This document shows positions 61,458 to 64,000 of a DNA stretch of 64,000 nt, piece by piece; position 1 is the stretch's first letter, and every line of letters begins with the position of its first letter. The notes under the pieces were generated by a model. It made no database searches. It saw only the letters and a list, made by a program, of their open reading frames with translations, and was not told the DNA's origin. The DNA comes from Malacoraja senta (Eukaryota), in NCBI GenBank assembly GCA_038087875.1, contig CM075996.1:10666001-10730000 (forward strand). The letters are read 5' to 3'. A program made the translations under genes and the position numbers.

Positions 61458-63591
61458 CATGATTCCTCAGTATCATTTCCCAGGTTTTAAAAAAGATGTT
61501 ATAATGGTACTGGGTGTGGAGGGTTTGAGTTAGAAAGAGAGGCCAGCGAGGCTGGGTCTTTACCATGTAGTGTAGGAGGCTGAACCTTATAGACGTATAT
61601 AAAATGATGAGGATCACAGAAATCAGTCTTTTGTCCTGGTAAACTAGAGGGCAGAGTTTTAAGATAATAATAATAATAATAATAATAATCATTTTATTTA
61701 CTGGCGCCTTTCTAAAACCCAAGGACACCTTACAATGCATAGAATCACAACAAAACAGAAAACACATAATCGGAATAAATTAAATAAGAAAACACCACAG
61801 TACACAAATCAAGGACAGAATTCAATTTCAAAAGCACCAAAAGAAAATAAGAAACACAATTTGAGGAGAGAGCAGCGGCGACCATTTCGCGCCAGCGTCC
61901 ACTCTCCCCTCCGACCGCCATCTTGTACACGGACTGACAGGCACAGGCACAGGCACAGCACACAAAATCATCCCTCCACAATGACCACCACTGTGGGGGA
62001 AGGCACAATGTCCAGTCCCCTACCCAGTTCTCCCCAGTCAGGCCCATCGAGGCCACCACAGTTGCCTCTACGGAGGCCCGATGTTCCTGGCCGTCGGGAG
62101 AGTCCTCGGAGCGGCAAGGGGCAAGAGGAAAGGGGCAAGATTTAAAAGGGACCTGAGGGACAACTATTTTTGCATAAAGGGCGGTGAATAAATGGAACGA
62201 GCTGTCAAAAGAAGGATGTTATAATGGAGGTGGATACAATGACAGCATTTAAAAGGCACTTGGTCAGTTACATGGACAGGAAAGGTTTGGAGGGGTATGA
62301 ACCAGACACTAGCAAGTAGGACTTGCTATGTTTAGGAATACAGCATGGTAACAGGAGCTTCGGTCCACCAAGTCCACGCTAATCATCGATGACCCATTCA
62401 CACTAGTTCCATGTTATCCCACTTTCTCATCCTCACACCAAGGAGCAATTTATAGAGTCAAATGACCTATAAACCCACCCATTTTTAGGATTAGTTTAGA
62501 GATACTGCGCAGAAACAGACACTTGGGCCCACCGACTCTGCGCCGACCAGCGAACCCCATACACTAGCACTAGTCTACACACTAGGGCCAACTTACAATC
62601 TTTACCGAAGCCAATTAACCTACAAACCTGTGCGTCTTTGGAATGGGGGAGGAATCCGGAGCACCTGGGGAATACCCACGTGGTCACGTGGAAAACATTC
62701 AAACTCCATACAGACAGCACCCGTAGTCAGGTTCGAACCCAGGTCTCTGGCGCTGTAAGACAGCAAGAGCCAACGTGTCGCCCCTCGGATGTGGGAGGAA
62801 ACCGGAGCACCCAGAAGAAACCCCCGCGGTCATAGGGAGAATGTACAAGAGAGCACCTGAGGTCTAGGTCAAACCCTGGCACTGCGAGGTAACTTGGTCA
62901 GCTTCGATGTTGGGCTGAAGGGCCTGTCTCCATGTTGTATGATTCTGCAGACCTGAGCCCTGTGCTTCCAGATCAGCAGCAAGGACCCATACTGCAGTCG
63001 TTCACGCTCCCAACACCACTGAACCGACCACTGTGCAGAACTGCACAGATTTGCTCGACATTAAATGCTGGAGTAACTCAGCAGGTCAGGCAGATTCACT
63101 GGAGAAAAGGAATAGGTGACATTCCTGGAAGGTCTCGACCCGAAACGTCACCTATTCTTTCTCTCCGGAGATGCTACTTGACCCGCTGAGTTACTCCACT
63201 TTTTGTGTCTATCTTCGGTTTAAACCAGTGTGATGTTTGGTGCTGTGTGGGGTGGGAGGACCCATTGCTCCCTCCCGTGCAGCAGGTGGCGCTCCTCAAA
63301 CATCACAACCAGCTTCTGCAGTTCCCTCCTATGCATTCTGACAGCTTGCTAGCTGGTTTCTCAACACTAGCCGCCCTGTGCAGCTTTGAGCTCCCCGCCC
63401 GTGTGTGTGGTTTGCACACCCTTCGTTAGCTGCCCGCTTCTGTGTGGCCAGCTCACCTCCCTCGTGAGAAAAATCCATGGGCCAACTCATACTTATTTAG
63501 ATCCAAAGCATTCTCGGGGTAATCTTTGTCATTTGACGGTTATCGCACATGGTATGGATGTCTGCTCCGGTCAGTAAATGTGGAATCAAGG

Positions 63592-63902
63592 GCGGCACGG
63601 TGGCATAGCGGTAGAGTTACTGCCTTACAGCGCTTGCAGCACCGGAGACCAGGGTTCAATCCTGATTACGGATGCTGTCTGTCCGAAGTTTGTACGTTCT
63701 CTCCGTGACGACGTGGGTTTTCTCCGAGATCTTCGGTTTCCTCCCACACTCCAAAGATGTACAGGTTTGTTGGTTAATTGGCTTGGTATAATTGTCCCAA
63801 GTGTGTGTGGGACATTGTTAGTGCTTTTGGATCGCTGGTCGGTGCGGACCCATTGGGCCAAAGGGCCTGTTTCCTTGCTGTACCTCTAAATTAAACTAAA
63901 CT
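63592..63902 (+). mobile_element. V-SINE/HE1-like SINE, near full length
   Basis: tRNA-like A/B boxes, V core and (TAAAC)n tail. Confidence 0.8.
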
Positions 63903-64000
63903 GCACACAATCCCCAGGCAGAAAGTGCAGTGAGACTTGCAGCTTTGTGGCTGTGGTTGGGAGGTGTTGGCCAGAGCTGCCACCCAGGGACAAGGCAGCG

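Noticed and set aside
1..64000. CRISPR arrays, rRNA genes or prokaryotic operons
   Set aside because: No regularly spaced repeat-spacer array or rRNA motifs; the sequence is vertebrate.

Overview
Repeat-rich vertebrate genomic DNA, most likely from a cartilaginous fish (skate/ray/shark). This is inferred from the repeat content: CR1 LINEs with (CATAGAAA/CATAGATA)n tails, V-SINE/HE1-like SINEs and Penelope-derived repeats. Main contents: (1) A complete but decayed endogenous retrovirus on the minus strand (11195-25014). It has two ~390-bp LTRs about 5% diverged, a 5-bp TSD CCCAC, a tRNA-Lys PBS, a PPT and gag-pro-pol-env, with a 2H-phosphoesterase-like domain between protease and RT. It is interrupted by two CR1 insertions. 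(2) The CR1 inside gag has an intact endonuclease+RT ORF2. It is fused in frame to the gag N-terminus, and a canonical U_UUA_AAC -1 slippery site links that frame to ORF2. (3) The 5' part of a SUN2-like gene on the plus strand (seven phase-consistent coding exons, 33507-59470). (4) Four 12-43 bp TIR remnants with 8-bp TSDs that resemble P-element-type excision footprints, plus a TIR pair of the same family. (5) A Harbinger-type MITE, RTE, Rex1 and Penelope fragments, a probable second ERV remnant and low-complexity tracts. All calls were made by eye. No database search was run, and repeat boundaries are approximate unless a junction is quoted.
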